The notes under the pieces were generated by a model. It did no database searches, was not told the DNA's origin, and saw only the letters and a list, made by a program, of their open reading frames with translations. Positions 10,040-19,187 of a DNA stretch of 64,000 bases are shown here, one piece after another. The stretch is taken from positions 2,400,001 through 2,464,000 of the forward strand of contig OZ244160.1 in the NCBI GenBank assembly GCA_965216325.1. Reading direction: 5' to 3'. Position 1 is the first letter of the stretch. Each line of letters begins with the position of its first letter. A program made the translations under genes and the position numbers. This stretch comes from Coraliomargarita sp. (GTDB taxonomy: Bacteria; Verrucomicrobiota; Verrucomicrobiia; Opitutales; Coraliomargaritaceae).

Positions 10040-13000
10040 ATGTCCTCTCCACTGATACCACGCCAACAAAACTCATCTGGAGGGTTTGCGCTTGTTCTTG
10101 CCCTGAGCCTGATGGCTTTTGTGCTGTTGCTGGTGCTTTCGATTAGCACCTTGGTGAGCGTGGAGTCCAAGTCGTCGTCGATGGTTTCGGCTCGCGCTGA
10201 AGCTGAGCAAGCCGCACTTGTGGGGCTACAGGTGGCGATTGGCGAATTGCAGAAGAGCGTCGGGCCGGATCAACGTGTAACCGCACGTGCAGACCGACTC
10301 CCTGCGCCGAATGCGAATCGTCAATATTATACCGGCGTGTGGGATAGCACGAATGGAGATTTCGTGCAGTGGCTAGCGAGTGCGGCGGATGCCAATGGCA
10401 TCCAAGATCCTACAGCGTTGAAGAATGAGGCAGATGTGAATGCGGCCTCGTTAGCTCCTGAGAGTATTGTTCTACACCGCTCGATTGATGGGACGGAGGA
10501 TGTCACTGCTGACAAGGTAGAGCTGGAGCCCTCGACGGCCTATGCCTATTGGGTTGCGGATGAGGGGGTAAAGGCGAAGGTGAATACCATCGCGGATGAA
10601 GACTATTATGCGATGGTGGCGGATGCGGACCCGACCGATCCCAAGTGGCTTTCTTCCATGGGGGCTGCGCCGACGGTTGGTGCTGAATTGATTCCGGAAC
10701 TGAATGCGGCCGTCGCTGCGAAACATATAGATCCAGCAATTCGTGAAAGCTTGAGGAAGTTACAAGCTGCCGATGATTTGAAGCTGCTTAATGTGGGTGC
10801 GGATGCACTTCGGCGATTGAAGCATGATATTACACACTATTCATACGGTCTATTAACGAATCCGGTGGATGGAGGCTTAAAGACGGACCTGTCGTTGGCC
10901 TTTGAACACGGGAATATGGATGCGGGGAATGTTTTCGTTGTTGAGGATTACACACATCCGGATGCTGGTTCCATCGATGTGCGTGGGCCGACGTGGTCGG
11001 TGTTTCAAGATCATTACAATCTCTATAAACAGATGTCGTTCAGTTCGGGTATTCCAAGCATCCAGACGACCGACCCTACATCGCATGGTGAGCTGACGGG
11101 AACTGGAGTCGGGAGCGATGCGGGCAATTTTTACGTGTTTCGTGGTGAGATCTTTTATCGTTTCTTAGATCCGAACGTTTACGAGGTTGCAGAGAATTTG
11201 AACAACGGCTCGTTTGATGGCTTTGAGTTGCCCCGGCCTGTTCTTGTGCAACGGCAACCAGTCTACCTTGGCCATATCATGGTAATCTCTATGTTCAATG
11301 ACGGTGGCATTCTTAAGACCGTGTTGAACCCGGTGGCGATCCTTTGGAACCCATATAATGTCCAGCTTGAGCTTGCCAGTGAGTCGAGGGTGAAAGTTCA
11401 GCCCTGTATCGCGGTTGAGTATCGATTCAATGGTGACACGGACCCATATAAGGGGCGTGCATCGGTTCCGATTATGCTACAGGAGCAACTTGGTGTGCGA
11501 CGCCCGGATCTTTATTTGACGATTCCAAGTGGTGATCAATTTGCTCCGGGGGAGTTGAAACTCTACTCTGCGGATGGTGTCGTGACGAGCCCTTTCGTTT
11601 CAACGACAACAACCTTTAATCCTGCTAGTGGGGTCTATTTGGATCGATGGTTGGATGCTTCCTTGATTGGTCGCAATGATATCCTGACGCTGAGCAATAC
11701 CGCGAATTATGTGCCTGATGGGCTTACGGTTCCGCCGGAAGTTACCTCAATCGACATTGCGATTTCTCCGTATCAGACGAATTTCAACGAGTCCTACTAC
11801 GAACTGCCAAGTTCACCAAATCACTATTATCAGAAGCTATACGCGTTTACCGGAGATATGGGGACCGGGCCGACTGGGCCACAAGGCACCTTCGATGTGA
11901 CGACAAGCGGCAAGGAGGGGTTGAGCTTTGTGTCGAGTCAACCGGTATCCGCGTTGGGGTCTCCGTATCCAATCGGTGTCTTCAATTGGACGACTGCGGC
12001 TGCGGATAACATCAACAATCATCTGTATGCTTCAGACCCGAACAAGGCGAGTGCAGTGGATATGTTTCTGGTGTCGAATCCGCGTGCACCGTTTTCCACC
12101 AGCGAGATTGGGACCTACTGGCACCAGCGTTCGAATGTTCATACAACACTGGAACCTTTGGCTTTTGCCGGAGGAATTACCGAGCTGGAGAATTTCTTTT
12201 TTAACTACGAACGCCCGCATTATGGAACTTCGTATAACACTGTTGGCAACGGGCAAAATCGTCCGATCGCTTGGGAGTTTCCTCTGGCACCACTGACATC
12301 GATTGCCCAGTTGCAGCATGTCTTCTTTAATGTCGATGGCTATGAGCCGTCATATGCAATTGGCAATTCATTCGCGTCTCCCTACCTGCGTAGAGATGAG
12401 TCGATTTCAACGGTTGGGCCGATCCAGTATTTAAACAATGGTGCAACATGGACCGGGTCTGCGGTTGATTTCTCATACCTTTTGAATGAGGCATTGTGGG
12501 ATGATTATTTCTTCTCGTCACTCTCGCCGACTTATGAGGACGGATCAGAGACTGAGGACATTGAAGAAGCGGTCGATGCCTTCTTGGATGGCAGCGGAAG
12601 GCTGAAGAATTCTCGCATGCATTTACATTTGCCTGCGACAACCGATGCCAATGGGCTTGCTGAGATATTGAAAGATCAGGACCCGGATAATGATCCAGAG
12701 AACGTCATTGCTGCTCACCTGATGGTCGAGGGTGCTTTTAATGTGAATTCGACCTCGGTTCCGTCCTGGAGAGCGTTTCTTGGCAGCGCGTATAACTTGC
12801 CTGCCGTTGGGATGGAACTCGAAGATGGCGGCGGAGAGTCTCTTGAGATTGAAACGAATACAGATGAGGCTGCCTTTTCCCGTTTCTCAATGCCGACCTT
12901 GGACAAAAGTCACCCGAGTGCTGCTACGATACAGAACAATCAGGGGAGTGGTTACCGGACATTGGACGCGGCTGAACTGGATGCGTTAGCTACTGAAGTC

Positions 13001-13525
13001 GTGGAGCAAGTTAAAGCGCGTGGCCCTTTCGTGTCGCTTTCTGACTTTATTAATCGAAAACTTTCGACTGGCGATGATGGCTTGGTGGGACCCTTGCAAC
13101 AGGCGATCAATGATGCGGGCTTAAACGATAACTATGAACTTGGATTGCCTGTTGATTATAGTGGTAGCTCGCCTTCATCGAGTCGGCGCCATGATGTTTT
13201 TCTCGATCCCGAAGCAGGCACGGGTAACTCATACGGCGCTGGTCCAGGGTATTTGCTCCAGGGAGACTTGTTGAATTCTTTGGGTTCCAGTATGACAGTG
13301 AAGTCGAATACCTTTACGATTCGAAGCTATGGGGAGTCGCGCAACCCTATTAGCGGTGCGAGTGCAGAGGTATATCTTGAGGCGACTGTGCAGCAGTTTC
13401 CTGATTTTGTCGATCGTAGTGAATCGGCGGATACAGAGCTGGCTGACTTGAGTCCGATAAACGAACGTTTTGGGCGACAGTTTAAAATTGTTCAAATACG
13501 CTACCTGAGTTCGGACGAAATATAG
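10040..13525 (+). CDS. Verru_Chthon cassette protein A-like large protein with PilX-like N-terminal segment
   Basis: GFALVLALSLMAFVLLLVLSI; ELQKSVGPDQRVTARA; AYWVADEGVKA; GAFNVNSTSV; RGPFVSLSDFINR; FTIRSYGE; FGRQFKIV. Confidence 0.75.
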   Translation: MSSPLIPRQQNSSGGFALVLALSLMAFVLLLVLSISTLVSVESKSSSMVSARAEAEQAALVGLQVAIGELQKSVGPDQRVTARADRLPAPNANRQYYTGVWDSTNGDFVQWLASAADANGIQDPTALKNEADVNAASLAPESIVLHRSIDGTEDVTADKVELEPSTAYAYWVADEGVKAKVNTIADEDYYAMVADADPTDPKWLSSMGAAPTVGAELIPELNAAVAAKHIDPAIRESLRKLQAADDLKLLNVGADALRRLKHDITHYSYGLLTNPVDGGLKTDLSLAFEHGNMDAGNVFVVEDYTHPDAGSIDVRGPTWSVFQDHYNLYKQMSFSSGIPSIQTTDPTSHGELTGTGVGSDAGNFYVFRGEIFYRFLDPNVYEVAENLNNGSFDGFELPRPVLVQRQPVYLGHIMVISMFNDGGILKTVLNPVAILWNPYNVQLELASESRVKVQPCIAVEYRFNGDTDPYKGRASVPIMLQEQLGVRRPDLYLTIPSGDQFAPGELKLYSADGVVTSPFVSTTTTFNPASGVYLDRWLDASLIGRNDILTLSNTANYVPDGLTVPPEVTSIDIAISPYQTNFNESYYELPSSPNHYYQKLYAFTGDMGTGPTGPQGTFDVTTSGKEGLSFVSSQPVSALGSPYPIGVFNWTTAAADNINNHLYASDPNKASAVDMFLVSNPRAPFSTSEIGTYWHQRSNVHTTLEPLAFAGGITELENFFFNYERPHYGTSYNTVGNGQNRPIAWEFPLAPLTSIAQLQHVFFNVDGYEPSYAIGNSFASPYLRRDESISTVGPIQYLNNGATWTGSAVDFSYLLNEALWDDYFFSSLSPTYEDGSETEDIEEAVDAFLDGSGRLKNSRMHLHLPATTDANGLAEILKDQDPDNDPENVIAAHLMVEGAFNVNSTSVPSWRAFLGSAYNLPAVGMELEDGGGESLEIETNTDEAAFSRFSMPTLDKSHPSAATIQNNQGSGYRTLDAAELDALATEVVEQVKARGPFVSLSDFINRKLSTGDDGLVGPLQQAINDAGLNDNYELGLPVDYSGSSPSSSRRHDVFLDPEAGTGNSYGAGPGYLLQGDLLNSLGSSMTVKSNTFTIRSYGESRNPISGASAEVYLEATVQQFPDFVDRSESADTELADLSPINERFGRQFKIVQIRYLSSDEI

Positions 13526-13547
13526 ACGGTATCCTCCCTTAGTAGTT

Positions 13548-14243
13548 ATGAGATTATTTCGATATATTGCTTGTTTGTTTGCTCTAGTGCACTCGGTGGC
13601 TGCACAGCCTGACGAGGAAGTCGTGCGTTTTGACTTTCGTTGTTTGGCAATGTCGAAGGATCTTCGATTGATGAAGCTTTATGTTGGTGCTCCTGAGGGG
13701 AGCGAGCGCCAGCAAGTCCGCTTGAATGATTTGTCCAAGACTGAAACTTACAGCTACTCAGGAGCACCACTCTTGTATTTCTACGATCAGGCTCAGGGGG
13801 GGGCTGTCGTTGCAAGCTACCGCCATAATCCTATGCATGAAGCCCCTTTGCTCATTTTCGTCCAGAATGCAGAGGGCGCGATGCCAGCTTTCAGCGTGCT
13901 TGGAATTGAGGATAGTTGGTCAAAGGTTGGGGCTGGTTCCAGCTTATTGGTCAACCTTGCGAGTAAACCGCTCTACTGGCAGTTCGGAGATCAACGCTTT
14001 GAAATTCCATCAAAAGATCAGCGCCTAATTTCAGGAACAAAAGATGCTAAAACACCTGTTGTTGCTCTAGAGGTGGATCAGAATGGAAATCCGTTTCGTG
14101 TATATCGTGGACAGTGGCTGAATATTGAGAATATGCGCCGCCTAATCTTTGTGCGGGACACAACAGATTGTGAAGTTGGTTCTGTGCGTGTAAAAGTGAT
14201 TGAAGACTTTTACGTTCCTAAGGCTGAGGCCGAGGAGGACTAG
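13548..14243 (+). CDS. Exported hypothetical protein
   Basis: 231-aa ORF with signal peptide, starting 22 nt after the upstream gene. Confidence 0.75.
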   Translation: MRLFRYIACLFALVHSVAAQPDEEVVRFDFRCLAMSKDLRLMKLYVGAPEGSERQQVRLNDLSKTETYSYSGAPLLYFYDQAQGGAVVASYRHNPMHEAPLLIFVQNAEGAMPAFSVLGIEDSWSKVGAGSSLLVNLASKPLYWQFGDQRFEIPSKDQRLISGTKDAKTPVVALEVDQNGNPFRVYRGQWLNIENMRRLIFVRDTTDCEVGSVRVKVIEDFYVPKAEAEED

Positions 14244-14256
14244 AGCATTGCAGAAA

Positions 14257-14337
14257 GGTAGGGAGGTCTGCCCTCAGACCTCTGATGCGGCGTTGTCAGT
14301 GTTGTCGAGCGGGGGCATGGGGGCATGCCTCCCTACC
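14257..14337. repeat. REPIN family A, copy 3
   Basis: GGTAGGGAGGTCTGCCCTCAGACCTC...GCATGCCTCCCTACC with the shared spacer; lies between convergent genes. Confidence 0.88.
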
Positions 14338-14409
14338 AATAAAAGTCACAGGGTAGTTGTCTGTTTCGGCGACAGATTACGAGGGCGAGCAATCGTTTGT
14401 TGAGTAAAA

Positions 14410-16911
14410 TTAATCAGTCCGGGAGGCGTCGAAGGCGATGGCATCCAGTGCGACTTGGTCGCCCTTGGTAGCGTCGACGCCGTTGACGCGGATACCGATC
14501 ACGATGCGCTCGAAGCCATCGGGAAGTTTAAAGGCTTCGGACTGGTAGGACTGCCACTCTGGATTATAGGTAGTCAAGGAGCCTGAGGCGATCAGGCTGC
14601 CTGTCTGCGGGAGTTCTTCAAGTGTGCCGAAGGCCCCGCCGTATGTAAGGCGATCATCGTTTGCTTCGGCTGTATAGCCCCAGACGGCCCATGAAATTTG
14701 GTTGGCTGGGCTGGCGTCGGCATCCTTGCTCTTGTATGCGAAACCGAAGGTGTAAGTGCCGGTGCTGGGAGCGGCGAGTGTTTGATAGAAGTTGGTGCCT
14801 TGCGTCATTCCTCCAGTGATGACGTAAGGTGGGCGTTGATCGTGTTCGACTAGGCGGAAGCGGTCACCGAAGAGCGGAATATACCAGAGATCCAGCTCAG
14901 AGCTTTGGACGGTGAACTCATCCCATTGAGCGGGTTGTTTCACGCCAGTTGAGAAATCGCCATTGCCGAGTAAGGCCGCGCTTGGACTTGTCTGTGCGGT
15001 AATTACGAGGTCGCCGGAGATGTTATCGAAGGAATGATCCCAGCCGTCAAAGGCCCAGCCATAGCCTGCTTGCACGATGGGTGCTTCGGCAGCTTTGCCC
15101 TCGGCAATGAGCTGTTCTAATGCACCTCCGCCCAGATGTTTTAGTGTGTCCGGAAGCACAAATTGGACGGTGCAGATTGTTTTATAGTTGGCAGTTATGC
15201 TGGCTGGCTCCGCGGGCATCCAGTAGAGCGTTGCTTCGGAGTCGGAGCTGTCGATGATTCCGGCAGAGCTTGTCCAGTTGTAGAACTTTTTGCCGTCTTT
15301 GTGCGTGGGGGCTTTGAGGGTTACGATGCTGCCACTGGCGTAAGCTGCAGTTCCATCAGCGTTGATGACCGTAAGCTGATGTTGCTCAGGCATCGGTGCT
15401 GTCACCGAGAGTATTGTCTCGCCTGCTGTTACCTGGTGTGAGATGCCATTAATGACCAAGTTAAAGGCTGCGTTGCTGGAGACGGTTACGGTGCCCGTTC
15501 CATCGTATAGGATGTCAGCAATGGTCTTGCCGAACTTGAAATTCTTCACGCCGTGGCGTTGCTGCTGGTGCAGGCGCCATTCGATGCGTTGTTGCTTTGC
15601 GTCAACGGTGTGGAAGCCGAGCACGTTTTCGATAAACATCGAGATCGGGCCAAGTGCGGACCAACCACAGAAGTCAGGGCGCACGATGTGGCCATTTCTG
15701 CGGACGACCGGATGGTCGCGACTGGGGCTGTAGCATTCCCAGATCGTGTTGGGCTCTACTGCATGGTAGGTGCGAAACATGTGAGCGAGTAGATTCTCCG
15801 CGGCTTCATCGGCTTCGGCGTGGTAGCCGTATCGCTCCAATGCCTTGGTGCCCATATAAGCGGTTGGCAGCCAAATGCCGCCACGCCAATAGTCGCCATC
15901 TCCACCGTGATAGTGAGGGTCGTTGCGGGCAATCGTGACCCAGGGGCGGATGCCGCCAAAGGTTTTCGGATCACTTAGGTGCTCGGCCATGCGTGCCGCT
16001 TGTTCGGGCGAGGCCATTTCGGCTAGTAGCGGCCAGTAGGAGGCGGGTGTCTTTACTTTGTGAAATTTGCTGCCGTCTTCGGAGATGTCGTAATAGAAGC
16101 CGTCTTCGTCATCCCAATAGTAGGTGTTGACCGTTTCTTTGAGCGCCTCGTATGTGGCTTTCCATTCGGTGGCGATCTCGGTTTCGCCGATACGCTCTGC
16201 CATCCGGTAAATCGCCAATGCCGAGAGCCCCTGTTGTGCGATCGCATCGATCCATAAGGCAGTTTGTGGGCGAGGCGTATTATCCATGCCACTGGAGCAA
16301 CCCGACCATTGAAAGCCGAGCTCTTTAGGCACAAGCGTCACTTCAGCGCTGGCCCCGTGTGTGGTGTGATGCTGCCAGCCGTATTCCAGATTGTTAAACC
16401 AATCGAAGTGGCGCTGGAGATATTGAGTTTCGGTTAAGAGTTGCCGTGCGTGCGCGTCGTCGCCGGTGAATAGGTAGTTGCCGTATTCAGCCCAGGCAAA
16501 GAGCGGGGGATTGTCTGGGTGTTGGATGCCGAGTGGGAAACTTCCGTCTTTAAATTGCTCTGCATGAAAGGCTTCGTAGAAGTTGTTCAGTGTCTCTACT
16601 CCGGGAAACTTTTCCGGGGAGTATTTACAGAATAAGACCATGAAGGCTGTATCCCAAATCCAAATACGACTCGAAGCAAAGGCCTCATCCATGTAGGGAC
16701 TTTGCGGTAAGCCTTCTTGAGTGGCTACGTGATCCCATGCCTGTTCCCAAGCGGTCCAGTAGAGGTCTACATAGCCGGGCTCTTTATCGAAAACAGGTTC
16801 TGGAACCCATTCTCGATTAAAGCGTTCTTTAACGGCGCTTTCCGCAGCCTGAGCGCCGATGCACAGGCTGGTTAGGGCCATGCAGCTAGCCAGAATTTGT
16901 GTGGTTTTCAT
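14410..16911 (-). CDS. Secreted (alpha/alpha)6 glycoside hydrolase (GH63/trehalase-like) with C-terminal repeat and putative carbohydrate-binding domains
   Basis: IWIWDTAF, SGMDNTPR, YWDDEDGFYYD, YWRGGIW, WECYSP, DFCGWS; GWAFDGW InlB-B-repeat-like segment; LLGNGDF. Confidence 0.8.
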   Translation of the reverse strand: MKTTQILASCMALTSLCIGAQAAESAVKERFNREWVPEPVFDKEPGYVDLYWTAWEQAWDHVATQEGLPQSPYMDEAFASSRIWIWDTAFMVLFCKYSPEKFPGVETLNNFYEAFHAEQFKDGSFPLGIQHPDNPPLFAWAEYGNYLFTGDDAHARQLLTETQYLQRHFDWFNNLEYGWQHHTTHGASAEVTLVPKELGFQWSGCSSGMDNTPRPQTALWIDAIAQQGLSALAIYRMAERIGETEIATEWKATYEALKETVNTYYWDDEDGFYYDISEDGSKFHKVKTPASYWPLLAEMASPEQAARMAEHLSDPKTFGGIRPWVTIARNDPHYHGGDGDYWRGGIWLPTAYMGTKALERYGYHAEADEAAENLLAHMFRTYHAVEPNTIWECYSPSRDHPVVRRNGHIVRPDFCGWSALGPISMFIENVLGFHTVDAKQQRIEWRLHQQQRHGVKNFKFGKTIADILYDGTGTVTVSSNAAFNLVINGISHQVTAGETILSVTAPMPEQHQLTVINADGTAAYASGSIVTLKAPTHKDGKKFYNWTSSAGIIDSSDSEATLYWMPAEPASITANYKTICTVQFVLPDTLKHLGGGALEQLIAEGKAAEAPIVQAGYGWAFDGWDHSFDNISGDLVITAQTSPSAALLGNGDFSTGVKQPAQWDEFTVQSSELDLWYIPLFGDRFRLVEHDQRPPYVITGGMTQGTNFYQTLAAPSTGTYTFGFAYKSKDADASPANQISWAVWGYTAEANDDRLTYGGAFGTLEELPQTGSLIASGSLTTYNPEWQSYQSEAFKLPDGFERIVIGIRVNGVDATKGDQVALDAIAFDASRTD

Positions 16912-16944
16912 CTTCAGAGTGTTCTGGAGGTTGTTAGGGGAGGC

Positions 16945-18975
16945 CTAGTTGGTCGCCTTTTTGACTCCATCGATCGTTTCTTCCAACTCGATCGAGACAT
17001 CGATCTGGTTGTTGAACTGCTGTTGATACTGGTCGGCCGTCAGTTCGAGGCCGCCTCCGTTCATGAGAATGGTTTGTGGATATTCGCCACCGAGCCACTG
17101 CAGTCTGCGCAGTTGTTGGCCGTTGCCGTGGTGTGCATTGCTGGTAAAGCTTTTTTGGGTGCCACCGACATTCACATCGAGCTTATGTGTGAAGATGAGG
17201 TGATCCAGAGTCTGCCAGTCGGTTGGTGTGCCGTTTTGGTTGTCTCTGGCTGGTTTTAAGTCGTCGATGCGAATTTCGACAGTTTGCCAGTCGGGGGAGG
17301 CTTCGATGGGCATGACGCAGTAGAACTCTCCGGACGGATACTCGCGCCCATACTTGGAATAGCTGTTGAAGGAGAATTCGAGGATCAGGTTTTCGCCGGC
17401 AGGATCCAACACATCGACTGCGAGTGTCGCACCAATTGGGCCGCGCCATTTCGGGTCACGAATCTTACGAGTGTTTAGTCGATTTTTTGAGTAGCGATAC
17501 CAGTCGGGGAGCCCGTCATTTTCAAAGCTCTCTTGAATCATTCGGGTCGTGACGTCGGTGACGGCAGGCTGTGCGGCTTGAACTTCAGGGATCTCAAACT
17601 TTTGCACGTTGGTGCTTAGGATGTAGCGATCCGCTGGATCTTTTCTCCACCAAGGGCCATGAAGGTTTAGGCCTTCGGGATGCTTGTAGTAAACGTTTGC
17701 CATCGCGAAGAACCCCAAATCGGTCGAGGTGATCGGTGCCGATGCAATGTAAAGATCACCCTGTTGTTTGACTTCGGCAGATCGGTTGAAGCGGAACTGT
17801 CCATTGGGATCCTGGGAGTAGAAGATTTCAACGCGGTCAATTTCCTGAGACGGATCCGGCTTGACGGTAATGACAGGGCCGATGGCGTTGCCCTTCAGAT
17901 CGACATGGATTTGTGGTGTTTGGGGAAGTTGATAGCTACCTTTGAGGTATTGCTCAAACATGAGCAGATCAACGAACTCGCTTTCCAGCGCATGGCGGTG
18001 ATTCATGTGCGGTGTAATGGAGAAGCGCACTGGTGTCTCGGCTGGAATGGCTGGCCAGTTGAAGGCCAAATTCGAGAGCAGGCCGTTGAAGTCATTTTGT
18101 GGGCCTTTATAGAGTATAGGGCAGGTGATGTATGGCAGCATCTTAGCATCGTCGATGAATTTTGCATAGAGTGGCTTGATCGCTTGAGGTCGGGCGGAGT
18201 TGCCCTTGCGCGCTTTGAGTGCTGCGGGTGCAGTGCCGGTGCCACCGCAAGAGGGCACGGCGACTTTCACGCGGTCATCTGTGCCAGCCAGCATCACGGA
18301 GAGCTTGCCGCCCATGGAGTGGCCGTGAACTCCGATCTTCTCAGGATCGACGAAGTCTAGCTGTTGCAAGAGAGTGATCGCGCGCTTGTTGGCGAGGTTG
18401 ATGAGAAACCAGTTGTTGTTACGCGGAGAGTCGAAGTCGTCGTAGGTGAGCTCGTCGGGCTCGGTGTTTGCAAACCAGCCATTGTGGTTTTGAGTTGCAT
18501 CGAGCGGTGCCCATTTGGTGCCAATTGTGCCTTCTCCGGGCTGGCCTGGTTCCTGATGTTCCATCAAGCGGCCGCCCCAGTTGGTTGCCAGCACCGCATA
18601 GCCGTTTTGTGCGATGCCGGAGGCATAGTCGGCCATGGCGCGCTGACCACCGCCGTGGATTTGCACGATGCCAGGTAGTTTGCCTTTGTATTCACTAGGG
18701 TGGGCGAGGTAGCCGCCCATGCGCACTTGTTCGCCCTTAAAGGTGCCCACGGCATAGGAAATCATCTGGATGGTGATGCCTTCGTGCTCATATTCGTGGA
18801 GCACTTCAATGTCGAGGGGGTCTTTGGAGGCATCAAAGCTTGCCCATAGTGCTGGAATGTCCGCGGGTATCGTCTCGGGGCTCATTGGTTGCAGGCTGTC
18901 CTTAGACTTGTCGGCAGCGATGGCCGAAATGCTGATGAACGCACCGAGTGTGCAGAATTTAAGTGATCGAATCAT
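16945..18975 (-). CDS. Secreted dienelactone-hydrolase-like alpha/beta hydrolase (paralog of the esterase domain of 1..4103)
   Basis: LPGIVQIHGGGQRA, GHSMGG, QNDFN, PHMNHR; start taken at ATG 18975 (signal peptide). Confidence 0.82.
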   Translation of the reverse strand: MIRSLKFCTLGAFISISAIAADKSKDSLQPMSPETIPADIPALWASFDASKDPLDIEVLHEYEHEGITIQMISYAVGTFKGEQVRMGGYLAHPSEYKGKLPGIVQIHGGGQRAMADYASGIAQNGYAVLATNWGGRLMEHQEPGQPGEGTIGTKWAPLDATQNHNGWFANTEPDELTYDDFDSPRNNNWFLINLANKRAITLLQQLDFVDPEKIGVHGHSMGGKLSVMLAGTDDRVKVAVPSCGGTGTAPAALKARKGNSARPQAIKPLYAKFIDDAKMLPYITCPILYKGPQNDFNGLLSNLAFNWPAIPAETPVRFSITPHMNHRHALESEFVDLLMFEQYLKGSYQLPQTPQIHVDLKGNAIGPVITVKPDPSQEIDRVEIFYSQDPNGQFRFNRSAEVKQQGDLYIASAPITSTDLGFFAMANVYYKHPEGLNLHGPWWRKDPADRYILSTNVQKFEIPEVQAAQPAVTDVTTRMIQESFENDGLPDWYRYSKNRLNTRKIRDPKWRGPIGATLAVDVLDPAGENLILEFSFNSYSKYGREYPSGEFYCVMPIEASPDWQTVEIRIDDLKPARDNQNGTPTDWQTLDHLIFTHKLDVNVGGTQKSFTSNAHHGNGQQLRRLQWLGGEYPQTILMNGGGLELTADQYQQQFNNQIDVSIELEETIDGVKKATN

Positions 18976-19056
18976 GATGTAAGTTTCTGGGGCGCGGTTT
19001 TTGGTCAATGCGCGTGGTAAAGAACCGATACTCTAGCAATAATCAATGGGTGTCGC

Positions 19057-19074
19057 ATCGCACAGACGTGCGAT
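19057..19074. promoter_or_regulatory. Palindromic operator box, copy 4 (divergent promoter)
   Basis: ATCGCAC-AGAC-GTGCGAT; 21 nt from TAGAGT (minus) and 21 nt from TATATT (plus). Confidence 0.78.
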
Positions 19075-19187
19075 GATCGTGAGCGGTTTTATGCCTATAT
19101 TGTGGAGTTTTTAAGACGGATGTTGAGGCGCTCATAAAAGCATGGAAGTTATCAACAGCGTGCTGTCACTTATTAAGACCCCATAGT

